In this document: positions 62,595-64,000 of the stretch, piece by piece | Numbering within the stretch: the first letter of the stretch is position 1 | Layout: every line of letters begins with the position of its first letter | DNA from: Balanoglossus misakiensis | Taxonomy: Eukaryota; Animalia; Hemichordata | Reading direction: 5' to 3' | NCBI GenBank assembly: GCA_040954595.2 | Contig: CM082581.2 | Location: 682,001 to 746,000, forward strand | DNA: 64,000 bases | The notes under the pieces: generated by a model | Told to the model about the DNA's origin: nothing | Seen by the model: only the letters and a program-made list of their open reading frames with translations | The model's database searches: none | Translations under genes and position numbers: made by a program

Positions 62595-63055
62595 AATAAG
62601 TTTATAGGCCAATCAGGAGTTAGATTCGAATGTCCGAAAATGAGAAACCGTAGGCGAACGCAACAGACAGCAATTTAAATTTGCATAACTAGAGGTTTGG
62701 GTGGAAAGATTTCAGAATTTAACGCACATATACAGATATTTTGTAGTGGAAATTTGAGTATATTATAAATAGTACATGTAATAAGACTGTGAATTGATTT
62801 TATTTACTGACAATTAAATGCAGTTACCCTTTGAGTATGGGTGTTTATCGAGGGGGGGGGGGTCCAAAAAAATGTTAGAAACTGTTGAAGATGAAACCGG
62901 AAAGATGTAGCAAATTCGTTAGTTTTCCCTTTTTTGGAAATTATGCTCGAAGCGTGTGATTGGTCAATTAGTCAGAAGGGGATTGGTTGGAAATAGTCGA
63001 ATATGATTGGGCAATAAGTTCGAAGCTGAAATCCCTCAGGCTGTATAAATACGGT
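62595..63055. promoter_or_regulatory. Putative divergent Pol II promoter
   Basis: Minus-strand ATTGG + TATAAA at ~62600-62613. Plus-strand three ATTGG boxes (~62959, 62982, 63006) followed by TATAAATA at ~63045. Confidence 0.45.
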
Positions 63056-64000
63056 GTTTGTGGCGTGTACTAATGGAGTATGGCTGGGGTGTGTTGTGTC
63101 GAGCAGTCTAGTATATCATTTGTGGGGCATTGAATATTTAGAACAAAGTTCTCTATGTCGGACTTCCTAACATATACTCGATCGTTGATAACAAAACGAG
63201 CAGATATTTTTGTGCAAATAGTGTGCGCAAAACAACAACTAAACATGAAGACAACAAGATAGTACTGCGTGCGGTGCGACTCGGTTGTAAGCGTCAAGTC
63301 AAAAACTGCAAAGACATGCAACAGGTGTAAATATAGTCGACTGAAATGCTGAAAAACCATGAATATCGATTGGCTCAAAGTGATGGGAATCGGCTCAACT
63401 TACCGGAGGGAATTGGTACATTATATAACGAGTAAACTAGAAAGAAAGAAATCCCAGCGTTAACACTGGAAATTGTTCATAAATTAATATTTATACATGT
63501 ATGTGTATATTGCGTAACCTTCGAAAATTCGAATATCATTAGCACTTGGCCTAAAAAGTTGTGCATTGCGAGTGGGACACTGGGCAATTATTTTTATGGG
63601 CCGCCATCGCTATGCAGTTTAGATGTAGTATTTTACTCAACTTTTACCGGCAAGTGAGTGATTTGCTTTCAGAAGGTAATGAGACGGAAATAAACTTATG
63701 CAATCAGAGTTAATTATTCGTGAGGATACAAACTTTTGTACTAGATTTATTGTAATTTTTCAGTGTATACTCCTGGCCTTCGCAGGACTTTCATTTTTTA
63801 CCCGGTTTGTGTGTTTTCGGGTTACCCATGGGCATTCTCTACCTGTTTTAAAACTCTGAACAAGAAGATGTCACGTGTATCATTTTATGTACGACGTACA
63901 TCATTATAATAATGCTATAGTGAAGTTTTTAAAAAGGAAATATTTTTTTAGTGTTATTTTCTTCGTTTTTTATATGACTGAAATATGGTTGTGCTTGATG

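Noticed and set aside
63150-63465. Plus-strand gene after the TATA box, with HhH-like KVMGIG
   Set aside because: Only short broken frames; insufficient support.

Overview
Eukaryotic, repeat-dominated DNA, probably from a marine invertebrate, with almost no intact host genes. Positions 1-22.2 kb are a nest of young mobile elements inserted into a ~2.3-kb tandem macro-repeat. They are the 5' end of a Ty3/Gypsy element (minus strand, running off the window), an apparently complete tyrosine-recombinase retrotransposon with split direct repeats (2645-7512), and a 10.7-kb CACTG/CACTA-ended DNA transposon (11498-22194). The DNA transposon carries a Transib/RAG1/CMC-like DDE transposase and a convergent unknown ORF, and itself contains a full-length Gypsy element (16794-21918). 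Positions 22.2-29.8 kb are an 82-86-bp satellite. Positions 29.8-58.5 kb form a large imperfect palindrome with nested inverted repeats, MITEs and Helentron-type non-autonomous elements. Positions 59.8-62.6 kb hold a spliced OB-fold gene and a GC-rich degenerate coding fragment. The most promising leads are the two-gene CAC-ended transposon with bipartite TIRs, in-frame gag-UGA-pol in the YR element, a young Gypsy with altered RNase H carboxylates, and the nested palindrome. All calls are by eye, with no database searches.
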